From a virus (lineage: Duplodnaviria > Caudoviricetes), in IMG/VR virus record IMGVR_UViG_3300022178_004562, positions 1-57,144 of that record: a stretch of 57,144 nt of DNA. One strand, 5' to 3'. The notes under the pieces were generated by a model. The model did no database searches. It was not told where the DNA came from and saw only the letters and a list, made by a program, of their open reading frames with translations. The position numbers and the translations under genes are program-made. Every line of letters starts with the position of its first letter. Within the stretch, counting starts at the first letter, position 1. Positions 1-9,550 of this stretch are shown in pieces.

Positions 1-214
1 TTCCTGGATATTCATCTTCAATTATTTTCATAAGATCAATTCTCAACATAATAAATTCTATCTCTCTGTCGTGATGCTCAACATCACACTCGACATAGAA
101 GTGGAAGTCGTGATGATGTTCATGCCTTAGAAATCCAACCTCAGGAAAATGTTTATCAGCATCGGGCCAATTATGTGTTCCTAACACAATATGCTTTACT
201 TTAATTCTCGCCAT
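1..214 (-). CDS. QueD-like (T-fold, PTPS-like) protein, runs off the left edge of the window
   Basis: Not in ORF track. ATG at 214 reads MARIKVKHIVLGTHNWPDADKHFPEVGFLRHEHHHDFHFYVECDVEHHDREIEFI...; the G-x-H-x-W-P / FL..HxHxFHF / HxDRxIEF pattern is typical of phage QueD-like proteins; adjacent to queE/queD. Confidence 0.65.
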   Translation of the reverse strand, partial: MARIKVKHIVLGTHNWPDADKHFPEVGFLRHEHHHDFHFYVECDVEHHDREIEFIMLRIDLMKIIEDEYPG

Positions 215-782
215 TCATATATCCTTCTATCTGTTCATACAAATCATTATAGTTACCACAGTTATCAATGTAATGATCACACTCATCTCGTGCTGTGGTA
301 TTAACAAAGTCTTCCGATACATGTTCGCTCTGGTCTTTCGTCAATCCCGTTCTTCCACCTACGTAAATTACATCTCCACCATTCTTTTTGATCCAATCAT
401 ATTCAATTTTAAATCTCACATCAGATACTACTATGCTTGTTTCTCCATTAGTACCAAGTTCCTTTACCTTATCTTGAATAGAACGCTCGAGCCAATACGT
501 ATCCGCAATTCTATACCTCATATCCATACCATATAATTGAAGAAATCTTCTCACTGAGAACTTGCCATGATTGACCACTTTAGTATCCTGCATGTCCCAC
601 AAACACAACTCTTTGTTCTTGATAGATTCAAGCGTCTCCAGATCCATATCAAGATATTTACACAAATCCACTTTCATGGCATCAGCAGCTGCTACGCGAT
701 TAAAATCATAGTGTTCAACTAAATAATTAGCAATAGTATCCTTACCGGAACCACCTTTACCACACACACCTATTATATCCAT
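201..782 (-). CDS. Deoxynucleoside monophosphate kinase (T4 gp1-like)
   Basis: N-terminal P-loop GKGGSGKDT, RRFLQLYG, SDVRFKIE, H-x-SE motifs. Confidence 0.85.
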   Translation of the reverse strand: MDIIGVCGKGGSGKDTIANYLVEHYDFNRVAAADAMKVDLCKYLDMDLETLESIKNKELCLWDMQDTKVVNHGKFSVRRFLQLYGMDMRYRIADTYWLERSIQDKVKELGTNGETSIVVSDVRFKIEYDWIKKNGGDVIYVGGRTGLTKDQSEHVSEDFVNTTARDECDHYIDNCGNYNDLYEQIEGYMNGEN

Positions 783-1534
783 TACACCTCCCTTTCCGTA
801 TCAAATGCAATTATATGATCTCTTCCGGTCATTCTGTAACCTCGCTCCGCACACAGTTCAAATACTTTAGGATACATTTCTATCAATGTCTCTCTAGTAT
901 CACCTGCCGGCATAATATATGTTTTAGATTTTGGTATATTCAACTCTACTCTGAATTGTTCTATCTCGTTAATGTTCTCTTCTGTTCCATCCCATACAGG
1001 TTTAAAGTGATAATCCGAATGGTATGAAATCAACTCTTCTATCGTGTCTAAATTTAGCCTCAATCTATTGTGAGTGTCAACAAATTTTTGATCTACTATC
1101 TGACCCTTTGGCGTCTTAGTTCCAACCACTGGAACTGAGTTACTAAATTTTGGACTTATACTTAACAAGTGTATTGGTATATCAGTCTCGAATGCATGAG
1201 AACCTTCCGTTTCCATCGTGACAAATATGCCTCGATCATCGGCAAAATACATTAAGTCATTTACTAACTCTTGATGCATACTAGGTGATCCACCAGTCAA
1301 CATCATCTCATCAATCTGTGGATTGTCGTCATATATCTTATGAAGATCGTCCCAAGTATATTTACCCTTCTCGGGATGTATGCTCGTGTACCAGGAATCA
1401 CACCACCCACCTTCACCAAAATAACATCTATGAGTGCAACCGGTTGTTCGAACAGCTATCGTTGGAATGCCAAATCTACTACCTTCTGATTGTACACATC
1501 TGTATAATTCTAATATTGGTAATGTCTTAGACAT
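782..1534 (-). CDS. queE: 7-carboxy-7-deazaguanine synthase, radical SAM
   Basis: VQSEGSRFG, GCTHRC...WCDS radical-SAM cysteines, LTGGSP, ETEGS, SISPK; start placed at MSKTLP (1534) overlapping the queD stop. Confidence 0.88.
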   Translation of the reverse strand: MSKTLPILELYRCVQSEGSRFGIPTIAVRTTGCTHRCYFGEGGWCDSWYTSIHPEKGKYTWDDLHKIYDDNPQIDEMMLTGGSPSMHQELVNDLMYFADDRGIFVTMETEGSHAFETDIPIHLLSISPKFSNSVPVVGTKTPKGQIVDQKFVDTHNRLRLNLDTIEELISYHSDYHFKPVWDGTEENINEIEQFRVELNIPKSKTYIMPAGDTRETLIEMYPKVFELCAERGYRMTGRDHIIAFDTEREV

Positions 1535-1970
1535 AATATTCTGCCATGTTATCTTCATGTTCCCAGCACTGAACCTTGTATACCTTTGCCCTACCATTAG
1601 TTTCTTTCGTGACTACTTCTTGTAGATATTTTGCTACAAGTTCAGCAAACTTTTCGCATCCAACGCCATCTTCTAATATCCTGAGGTCGATAAGTTCCGC
1701 TTCATCTAAAAACTTAAACAATTTTAATTCAGGATCATCAGCTGCTACGCATGTAGTATGATCAAACATGTTTTTCATCCACTCCTTCACACCATTACGT
1801 TTGAAACAACCAAAATCTATAACCCAGCCCTTATCATCGAGTTCACCCTCAAACCATACTTTAAAACAAAAGGCATAACCATGAATTAGATTACAATGCG
1901 AGTCAGCTCTCCATTGTCTAAATGCTGTGCTGTATCCTATAAATCTTTTATAACTTCTATGTTTACTCAT
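1527..1970 (-). CDS. queD: 6-carboxy-5,6,7,8-tetrahydropterin synthase
   Basis: SHCNLIHGY, WVIDFG, FDHT, GCEKFAE, WEHEDNMA motifs. Confidence 0.88.
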   Translation of the reverse strand: MSKHRSYKRFIGYSTAFRQWRADSHCNLIHGYAFCFKVWFEGELDDKGWVIDFGCFKRNGVKEWMKNMFDHTTCVAADDPELKLFKFLDEAELIDLRILEDGVGCEKFAELVAKYLQEVVTKETNGRAKVYKVQCWEHEDNMAEYYV

Positions 1971-2068
1971 TATTTTTCCTTTTTGTTTTCATATCTTACG
2001 TATTCAATAAAAAACCAACAACAGATTGCCATTACAGTAAGTGGCATTAAATTAAATAATATTATCAT
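1970..2068 (-). CDS. Small single-pass membrane peptide (32 aa)
   Basis: Not in ORF track. AAGGAG SD, then MIILFNLMPLTVMAICCWFFIEYVRYENKKEK; TAATG overlap with the queD start. Confidence 0.6.
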   Translation of the reverse strand: MIILFNLMPLTVMAICCWFFIEYVRYENKKEK

Positions 2069-2081
2069 ATATTCTCCTTGT

Positions 2082-2110
2082 ACAATACTCATTATAAATT
2101 CTTTAGTCAA
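2082..2110 (-). promoter_or_regulatory. Possible sigma70-type promoter for the que cluster
   Basis: TTGACT-N17-TATTGT just after the polB stop. Confidence 0.4.
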
Positions 2111-2118
2111 CATTTATT

Positions 2119-4623
2119 TTAAAAAAACCTTGCAAGTGTATTTCTGGGATCAGTAGGTGGTGCCCACTTCATAGCATCATAGAAAGTAATTATTTTATTC
2201 AAAGCTAACTTTTCATATAACTTTTCTATATCAATATAAACCTTTACAAACTCCATTATCTTATCCGGATTGTCTGTATTCTTGAACGCTACTTTATTGA
2301 TCCCATATGGGTTTGTCTTCAAGTATACCCATTTTATTTTATCTCCACCAACCACTTCAGTATATTGGTCATCTACATCCATATCTTTTAACATTGAGTT
2401 ATAATTTATTGCTGATTGTACATGTGCTGGAGTTCCTTTGACTGATTTATTACCTGGTCCTAAAAACTTTTTTATTTGTTTTATACCTGTGGACATTGCG
2501 ATATCTACTATGGGTTCTTGTTTCATGTTTCGTTTGAATGATACTACAATATCATCTATAGCATCTTTAGTCTTACCTTTGAGTAGCCCTGTGACGACCT
2601 CTGTTAATAGTGTCTTGAAAGATTTAGGAAAATTACTTCTGACTATGTCTATACCCTTGACTAATAACTCATCAACTCGCATACCCTCAGAGTCTATAAT
2701 CCACAAGCTATACCTCTTCTTACTTATGAATATGCCATTTGGAGCAACCACCTCTTGTTTGAATACAAACCGATGTTCGTCTATATTAATCATACGTTTT
2801 GCAAACATATTAAGTGAAGTGTTGATATAATCTTGAAACTTTTCACATTCTTTCAGTGTTAAGTCTACCATCACATCATGATCTGTAACATCTACTGATT
2901 TATCATTCTTTTGTATAAGTGGTAATGCACTAAAGAATAATGAGTCGGTATCAATGTATATACAATAATCCTTCTCTACACCCAGTTTTTCTTTATAATA
3001 ATGATTACCCGCTCGTTCCGCATATTTAATCATAGCTTGTCCTGTTGTAGTAACAGACATCGCATTCTCGAGATCGTAGTATCTAAACACTGGTAGTGCC
3101 GCAGCTCCGTACATAGAATTTAATAAAATTTTCTGTGTATACTGTTTAATATCAAAAATATGAGCCGATTCTTTGTCTCCTTGTTTGAAGAACTTTTTTC
3201 TAAGATTTTTGAATTCAACTCGTTCATCAAACCACTCATTAAGTATTGATGGGATCAAACCTTTGATGTCCGTACGATATAATATTCCATGAGCTGATAT
3301 AGCTATCGCATTATCATCTAAATGGTTTTTCATTCCTTCATGATCAAAAGTTCCTATCACCTTACCCTTCAAATCTTCTACTCTATATTGTACATCTTTC
3401 TTACGAGCATATTTTTCAGCATCCCATCCAATAACACGACCCACTTTTGTCTCTGGGGATATGTTCAGACTCATCATAATATTAGGATACATACTAGCAG
3501 CATCGATATCAAATACCCATTGGTGCATTCCCACTTGAGGTGATTTCACAAACGCTCCTGTGATTCGTTCGTCACGATCCATATGAGCTACATATTCCGT
3601 ATTGGCTTTTGAGGGAGCTATTACACCCTTACGTTTCAAATATGTAAGTATGGCTCCATCTAATAAATGTGATGTAGAGTATATACTCTCATATGGTACA
3701 TGACCTTTATGAGCAAGAGCCCTTGCAACATCCATATAGTTAAGTTTATCGTCTAGGAGTTTTAATATTCGAACGTCGTTAATGTTATATTCTATGAATT
3801 TGTCTATATCATTTGCATATAAATCATTTAGAGTTCCCTCATAGGCAACCTTCTTTACTCCAACTTCCAACGAACCTATATCGTCGAGTTTATATGATGG
3901 TCTATCTCCCATACTAAACTTCATGTATAATCTATAATAATCAAGACATGATATACCAGCTATCTTGAAAACGTTCTGTCCTCTGTTAAAGATAACTGTA
4001 CTTATTGGTGACAGCTCGTTAGCTAACTCCGTACCAAGTACCACGCACATTCTGCTGTATAGATAAGGGACGTCAAAGTTGTCTATGTTCCATCCACTGA
4101 ATATAGTTGGATTGATTTGTTTGACGAGAAGTATAAAATGTTTGAGAAGCTCATCTTCTGTAGAAAATACTTCAATGTCAATGTTATCTTTAGATTTTAG
4201 TGTAAGTTTATTGTTTAGATCTAGGACTCCAACATAATATTTGTCATCTTCTTGATCGTATACAGTAAATGATAATATTCTATTAATTGGATTGTGCCAA
4301 TCTGGAAATCCTTCAAGCACTTCTGTTTCTATATCAAAATAAAGTACCTTATGGTTTACTGATGGTTCATCTGAATTATGATACAAGTCGACTAATGTAC
4401 GCATTTCAGGATTTATATCAGATTCAAATAATTTAGAAGTGTCTTCTTTTTTCCAATACTTTATCTTTTTGAGTTTATCTCCGTATAGAGATCGGAGAGT
4501 ACCTGATCTGTTTTTTTCATATGCATACTTTTTGAACGGTAGCATAGTGTGACCTTTTTGATCATCCCACAAATGAATTAGTGGCTTAGCTCCTGTCCAA
4601 CTTATAAAAATATTCTGATACAT
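2119..4623 (-). CDS. polB: Family B DNA polymerase (T4 gp43-like)
   Basis: Exo motifs FDIET and GWNIDNFD; polymerase motifs DAASMYP, KILLNSMYG, YIDTDS, KKRY. Confidence 0.95.
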   Translation of the reverse strand: MYQNIFISWTGAKPLIHLWDDQKGHTMLPFKKYAYEKNRSGTLRSLYGDKLKKIKYWKKEDTSKLFESDINPEMRTLVDLYHNSDEPSVNHKVLYFDIETEVLEGFPDWHNPINRILSFTVYDQEDDKYYVGVLDLNNKLTLKSKDNIDIEVFSTEDELLKHFILLVKQINPTIFSGWNIDNFDVPYLYSRMCVVLGTELANELSPISTVIFNRGQNVFKIAGISCLDYYRLYMKFSMGDRPSYKLDDIGSLEVGVKKVAYEGTLNDLYANDIDKFIEYNINDVRILKLLDDKLNYMDVARALAHKGHVPYESIYSTSHLLDGAILTYLKRKGVIAPSKANTEYVAHMDRDERITGAFVKSPQVGMHQWVFDIDAASMYPNIMMSLNISPETKVGRVIGWDAEKYARKKDVQYRVEDLKGKVIGTFDHEGMKNHLDDNAIAISAHGILYRTDIKGLIPSILNEWFDERVEFKNLRKKFFKQGDKESAHIFDIKQYTQKILLNSMYGAAALPVFRYYDLENAMSVTTTGQAMIKYAERAGNHYYKEKLGVEKDYCIYIDTDSLFFSALPLIQKNDKSVDVTDHDVMVDLTLKECEKFQDYINTSLNMFAKRMINIDEHRFVFKQEVVAPNGIFISKKRYSLWIIDSEGMRVDELLVKGIDIVRSNFPKSFKTLLTEVVTGLLKGKTKDAIDDIVVSFKRNMKQEPIVDIAMSTGIKQIKKFLGPGNKSVKGTPAHVQSAINYNSMLKDMDVDDQYTEVVGGDKIKWVYLKTNPYGINKVAFKNTDNPDKIMEFVKVYIDIEKLYEKLALNKIITFYDAMKWAPPTDPRNTLARFF

Positions 4624-4697
4624 CTAAATAACCTTTTGAAATTTACTCAATCTTTCAATTGATAGCAACTATTTTTTATAAACAATCTCCAATATTA

Positions 4698-4723
4698 TGC
4701 AGGGGGAATTTGATCCCCCCACA
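4698..4723 (-). terminator. GC-rich hairpin after the TonB-dependent receptor (weak U-tract)
   Basis: GGGGGGAT-CAA-ATTCCCCC on the minus strand; no clear poly-U. Confidence 0.4.
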
Positions 4724-4738
4724 CAATTGTATTTGGAC

Positions 4739-7468
4739 TTAAAAATTAACCGAAAGTCCTACGTTGAAGTTCCTTGGAGTTCCAAGAAATACTTCAGCGT
4801 TATGAGCAGCATGAACTTTATCACCATACCCATTATACTTACTGTTATCCACAGCATCTTGTACATATACATTATCCAAAGCATTGAATAGATGAGCGCT
4901 TAGTGTCATATCTAATCCAGCTACTTGAGGTAATTTATATGATAGATGTAAGTCCAATTTGGAATAACCAGGAGCTTTCCAAACCTGTGATCTATCAACA
5001 TCATCTCCATCTACTTCACGAGAATCAGGTGACCAATCAGAATAATTATCATCGTACATTTTAAACAGACCCTGTATATTTAATCCCTTGATAGGTTTGA
5101 TCGTCAGACCACCTACATAAGCTGTTTGTGGCATGTCACCGACAAATAGATTATTGAGAGCGTAAGTATACTCTGTTGTTTTCATACCAATGACTTGATC
5201 GTTATCATTATACTCTTGTTCTTGATAATCACCTTTAGCGTCACCATCAAACTTCCAAGTACCTTTACTAAGAGCCAAGTCTAAGTCTACCATGCTATGA
5301 AGAGCCACTTTAGCTTCTACTTCATAACCTGTATGACTTTGGTTTACACCAGATAAGAATATTACATCAGTATCGCCTGAATCACCTTGCCCTGTCATTA
5401 CTGACTTAGTAAGGTTTCTATCAGACCACTGTGTATTGTATCCATTGACCGTTAGAGCAACTTTATCACTCTTGTAGTCTCCACCTACTTCACTACTAAA
5501 GAACTTTTCATTTGCTGGATCTGAAGCTACTGAGCCATCATTATAGATTACATTATCCATAATAGGTGGCTTTTGTACAAACCCTACGTTAGCAAATGCT
5601 GACATTCTATCATCTAAATTGTAGACTGCTCCACCCTTTAGTTGATAAGTAGTAATTGTCGGTGCTTCGATCAACAAATCCTCTACTGTAAAATGGTCTT
5701 GATAAGTATATCCTATTGTGGATAAACCACCCATACCATAAACATTATACTTTTCTGTATCGTAGTTACCTTGTATGAATGTACCAATCCAATCTACTGT
5801 AGTATGATTGTGATATGCTATGATGTCGCCCAATCCAACCTTTTTACCGTCTGATTTATTATCATCGGCGTAATCTACATAGTAGTCTCCACCCAATAAA
5901 TCACGAACTTCACGAGCGTGTTCTATTTTAGCAGTTCTCCAATCAATACCCACTTGAACTTCTAGCTCATCATTAACAACATAGTTAAGTTTTGAGATAG
6001 CTCCAAATGTATTTTGACGATTAATTGAATTACGAAGTATACCGGTAGATTTATTTTCTGTTTCTGAGAAAGATGAATCTATGTTATCAGAATTCTGAGC
6101 GATCTCAGCGTTCCAATCCCACATCCAAGGTGAACTTGCATACCAAGAATTACCCTCTACTGCTGGTGTTCTTGATACACTTCCATAAGTTCCCGTTCCA
6201 CCACCTGAACCACCAGACCAATACGCAACAGTACTTAAACGTACCTCATCGTTAATGGTTAAAAAGTGGTTAATGTTGACTAACGGTTTATGAAAAAAGT
6301 TCTCTCTTTCATTTAGAAAATCTGAACTGAACCTATCCTGTGTTTTGTCTCCATACATATAAAAGTATTGTTTACCTTTATAGTCTGAGCTAACAGGAGC
6401 CCAATTCTGGTTGTAAAATCTGCCAGCTTCAGTTTCAAACTTCTCTCCAACAACATAAGCAGAATCGTTATATCCAGCAATATCACCAGCTAACTCTTGT
6501 GAGTAAGTAGCAATGTTCTGTTTATATAGATTTTGACCATGTCTTTGAGGAGCTCCGATCCCATACAACTCAAAACGTTGTTTGTCACTTACAGCATATG
6601 AAAGACCTGCATAGTAAGCCCAAGCATCCGTCCACGTTCCACCAATGAATCCATCACCAGTTTTACGAACAATCGTACCACTCAAGGCTAACCTATCATT
6701 GATAAGACCCGAGTTGTAGTTCAAGGTAGTCTTTAGGAATCCACCCTCGCCTACCTCTTGCTTGAATTTACCACCTTTCTCCATAGCTGCTGGGTCGGTA
6801 ATGATGTTCATGGTTCCACCAATAGATGGTGTAGCGAGATTAACAGCTGATAGACCTCTCTGCATCTGAATTGAAGATGTAGCGTCACCCACTCCATCCC
6901 AATTAGACCAATAGACCCATCCGTTCTCCATATCGTTCTGGGGAACACCATTTATCATCACGGCTACATTTCTTTGGTTGAAACCTCTTACGTTGATACG
7001 AGCATCACCCGCACCACCACCTTGCTGAGTTGCGTATACCGACGGTGTTGTATTAAGAATCATTGGAATGTCTTGTGAACCAAGTCTAACTTCCATATCC
7101 TCTTTGTGTATTGTCGTGTATGCAACGGGTGTTGTTTTATCAGCTCTCGAAGCAAGAACCTCAAGTGCTGACATTGATACCACATCGACTTTAAGATTAA
7201 AGTCGACAACAGCATCATCTTCTCCAACGACTACACTTATAGTCTTTGAAGAATAACCAATATAAGAAGCAGTGACGTCGTATGTTCCAGCAGGTACATC
7301 TTTGATAAGATAACTGCCTTCGCCGTTGGAAACTGAACCAAGTTCTGTTCCTACTACTACGACATTTGCCCCTTGAAGTGGTTTTTCACTATCTACGATA
7401 CCTGATATAGATTGAGCAAACAATCCTGTCATCATCATAAATAATGTTACTAGATTACGTATATTCAT
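4739..7468 (-). CDS. TonB-dependent outer-membrane receptor with N-terminal carboxypeptidase-regulatory-like domain
   Basis: Signal peptide; PLQGANVVV..G..GSY.I...ASYIGY domain; plug INVRGFNQRNVAVMINGVP; C-terminal FNALD...PRNFNVGLSVNF with terminal Phe; AGGAG SD. Confidence 0.93.
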   Translation of the reverse strand: MNIRNLVTLFMMMTGLFAQSISGIVDSEKPLQGANVVVVGTELGSVSNGEGSYLIKDVPAGTYDVTASYIGYSSKTISVVVGEDDAVVDFNLKVDVVSMSALEVLASRADKTTPVAYTTIHKEDMEVRLGSQDIPMILNTTPSVYATQQGGGAGDARINVRGFNQRNVAVMINGVPQNDMENGWVYWSNWDGVGDATSSIQMQRGLSAVNLATPSIGGTMNIITDPAAMEKGGKFKQEVGEGGFLKTTLNYNSGLINDRLALSGTIVRKTGDGFIGGTWTDAWAYYAGLSYAVSDKQRFELYGIGAPQRHGQNLYKQNIATYSQELAGDIAGYNDSAYVVGEKFETEAGRFYNQNWAPVSSDYKGKQYFYMYGDKTQDRFSSDFLNERENFFHKPLVNINHFLTINDEVRLSTVAYWSGGSGGGTGTYGSVSRTPAVEGNSWYASSPWMWDWNAEIAQNSDNIDSSFSETENKSTGILRNSINRQNTFGAISKLNYVVNDELEVQVGIDWRTAKIEHAREVRDLLGGDYYVDYADDNKSDGKKVGLGDIIAYHNHTTVDWIGTFIQGNYDTEKYNVYGMGGLSTIGYTYQDHFTVEDLLIEAPTITTYQLKGGAVYNLDDRMSAFANVGFVQKPPIMDNVIYNDGSVASDPANEKFFSSEVGGDYKSDKVALTVNGYNTQWSDRNLTKSVMTGQGDSGDTDVIFLSGVNQSHTGYEVEAKVALHSMVDLDLALSKGTWKFDGDAKGDYQEQEYNDNDQVIGMKTTEYTYALNNLFVGDMPQTAYVGGLTIKPIKGLNIQGLFKMYDDNYSDWSPDSREVDGDDVDRSQVWKAPGYSKLDLHLSYKLPQVAGLDMTLSAHLFNALDNVYVQDAVDNSKYNGYGDKVHAAHNAEVFLGTPRNFNVGLSVNF

Positions 7469-7492
7469 TTACGTTCTCCTCGTTTAGATTAA

Positions 7493-7526
7493 GACACATT
7501 TTTTCACAGGTGTGTCAGCTGCCTGT
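7493..7526 (-). promoter_or_regulatory. Compact H-type RNA pseudoknot between nrdJ and the TonB-dependent receptor
   Basis: ACAGG-CAGCU-GACACA-CCUGU-GAAAAAA-UGUGUC: S1 ACAGG/CCUGU, S2 GACACA/UGUGUC, all Watson-Crick. Confidence 0.6.
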
Positions 7527-7532
7527 CCGCTT

Positions 7533-9548
7533 TTAGTTTGCATAATCTTGGTCGTCGTTATCACCAGTCGTAGGTATGATTTCACAGACATCGTTGTTAC
7601 AAAACTTGTCTATATCAGCCTCCTCGTTCTTTATAACACCAAACGACAACTTAGATATCTTGCTAACTTTTTGTTCATATGTTTTTTCGTCTATAGACTC
7701 GTATGGCATTTGTTTATATGCTCCAAGTTCATGTCTTGGTAACAAACTGATACCTTTCAGTCTATATTGGAAGTAATTTAGTACTGCAGGTAATTGGTCT
7801 GCCTCTGTTTTTGGATCAAAAGTAGCTGTACAGCTAACTTGATTATCAGCCCAGTGTCTTTGTAAAAAGGCTGCTAAGCTAAACTGCTCCCACACAGACA
7901 ATTCTCCAACCGTTCTTATACCTTCACCCACATCCACCGGAACTTCTACTACTACAGTGGAATCTTCTGATCCGTATGCAGGTTCTATGTGATAACCTGA
8001 TTTTTTCATAGGTCCAATAAGATCACTATGTTTGCTTAATCTCATTCTCCTAATATAAAACCTCGATTCCGGATAATGCATTCCTGGAGTAGCACCAACC
8101 AATAATGAAACGGTACCTGAAGGTTTAACTGATGTTGTTTTAATTGACTTTGGAACAGCAAACCAATCACTATATTGCTTATCCCATTCTTGTATCGTAT
8201 CATATCCCGTCTCCAGCCATGTTCTAAGTTCTTCTATACCACGCATTGTTAAAAATTGAGCTACACCACTAACAGAACATCCTATTCTTCTATTACGAAG
8301 CATGACTCTATTAGTTTCAGGCCAATGTGTTTTTCCCAACGTGACTGTCTTTGCATACAAATATGCATATTTAAGTGTTTTTTGATAGTCTTCTAACGAA
8401 TCGTGATTATATGGAAACGTTTCTACTAAACAACACAATTCGTATGATTCTAGTGATTGTTCCAAACAAGGATTACCTCCCATAACTCTATGGTCTTTGT
8501 TATCTCCACCATTCTTCATGCGAGAGTATTGTTGCATGTTTTCTAGCCAAGCAAAACCAGGCTCACCATTATCCACAATCCGTCTACATACATCAGTGTA
8601 ATCCATGCCAAGTTCTGCAAATATACTATTATTACTTGTCCATCCATATTGATCTCTGTGTGGGTTCACTTCATAGTTCTTTAGATCTAAATACTCTTGA
8701 TTGTGTGGGTCACCAAATACAATCTCAGCAGTTCTTCTTACATTACCTGCTACGACACATTTACCAATCAGATTCATTATATCTACAATAGTCGTTATAG
8801 TGATAGGTTCACCCGTATTACCTTCTAATATTTTCCTAATGCTGTTGTGAACTTCTTCTAATGGTTCATGACCACTAGAAACTCCACCAAAGCCTTGAAT
8901 GGGCGCTCCTGCTGGTCTAACCTCAGAATAATCAAAGCTGACTGGAGCTGTACCGTGAAAATAACTTTCCAATAGTTCTTTTAAAGACTCTACCCATCCT
9001 TCTCGTGTATCTGGAACTACAAAGATGGTTTTAGCTCTATCTTTGTTTATTCCTTTAATTACAATCTCTCCAGCACCCTTAGTATCGAATCCAACCCCAA
9101 CTCCTAACATGGACGCGTCCATTAAGAAACAAAAAGGTTTTGCCATATCATCCTTAATTGTTTGCGTCGATACAAAAGCACAATTATTTAGAGCCGCATA
9201 AAGATTACGTTCTTCTGTAATTGGACTTCCCATAGCCCAAAGTCCTCTACCTGGTGGTAAGAACTTCATGTTCCATATTCTATCATACATTTCTTGTGCA
9301 GACTTTTGAGCTTGCCACGGATTCCACCCTAACTCATAAGTATCAATTCTTTCCTTCTGCATCGTGTATGTACCTTCTACAACCCTCTGTACTGTTTCCC
9401 ACCACCTCTCGTTCTTTCCATCTTGTTTAACACGAGAATATGTTCTCATATAAACAAGTTCTCCCAAACCATTGAATCCAAAAGGAGGTTTCTTTCTCTT
9501 ATATGAGTTAATGAAATTATCAGTAAGTTTAAATTTTGTTTTTTGCAT
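7533..9548 (-). CDS. nrdJ: Class II adenosylcobalamin-dependent ribonucleotide reductase (monomeric RTPR type)
   Basis: RTYSR, PPGRGLW, LNNCAF, GNVRRTA, NPCLEQ..E.C.LVE, TSVKPSGT, C-terminal C-x4-C. Confidence 0.93.
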   Translation of the reverse strand: MQKTKFKLTDNFINSYKRKKPPFGFNGLGELVYMRTYSRVKQDGKNERWWETVQRVVEGTYTMQKERIDTYELGWNPWQAQKSAQEMYDRIWNMKFLPPGRGLWAMGSPITEERNLYAALNNCAFVSTQTIKDDMAKPFCFLMDASMLGVGVGFDTKGAGEIVIKGINKDRAKTIFVVPDTREGWVESLKELLESYFHGTAPVSFDYSEVRPAGAPIQGFGGVSSGHEPLEEVHNSIRKILEGNTGEPITITTIVDIMNLIGKCVVAGNVRRTAEIVFGDPHNQEYLDLKNYEVNPHRDQYGWTSNNSIFAELGMDYTDVCRRIVDNGEPGFAWLENMQQYSRMKNGGDNKDHRVMGGNPCLEQSLESYELCCLVETFPYNHDSLEDYQKTLKYAYLYAKTVTLGKTHWPETNRVMLRNRRIGCSVSGVAQFLTMRGIEELRTWLETGYDTIQEWDKQYSDWFAVPKSIKTTSVKPSGTVSLLVGATPGMHYPESRFYIRRMRLSKHSDLIGPMKKSGYHIEPAYGSEDSTVVVEVPVDVGEGIRTVGELSVWEQFSLAAFLQRHWADNQVSCTATFDPKTEADQLPAVLNYFQYRLKGISLLPRHELGAYKQMPYESIDEKTYEQKVSKISKLSFGVIKNEEADIDKFCNNDVCEIIPTTGDNDDQDYAN

Positions 9549-9550
9549 AG

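Noticed and set aside
1535-1597. N-terminal extensions given by the ORF track for queE (also phoH 14673-14714 and 37460-37480)
   Set aside because: They overlap upstream genes; downstream ATGs give normal coupling and family-typical N-termini
7469-7532. Cobalamin riboswitch or canonical preQ1-I riboswitch upstream of the TonB receptor
   Set aside because: The gap is only 64 nt with no B12 box, and the preQ1-I loop consensus is not matched; kept only as an unassigned pseudoknot
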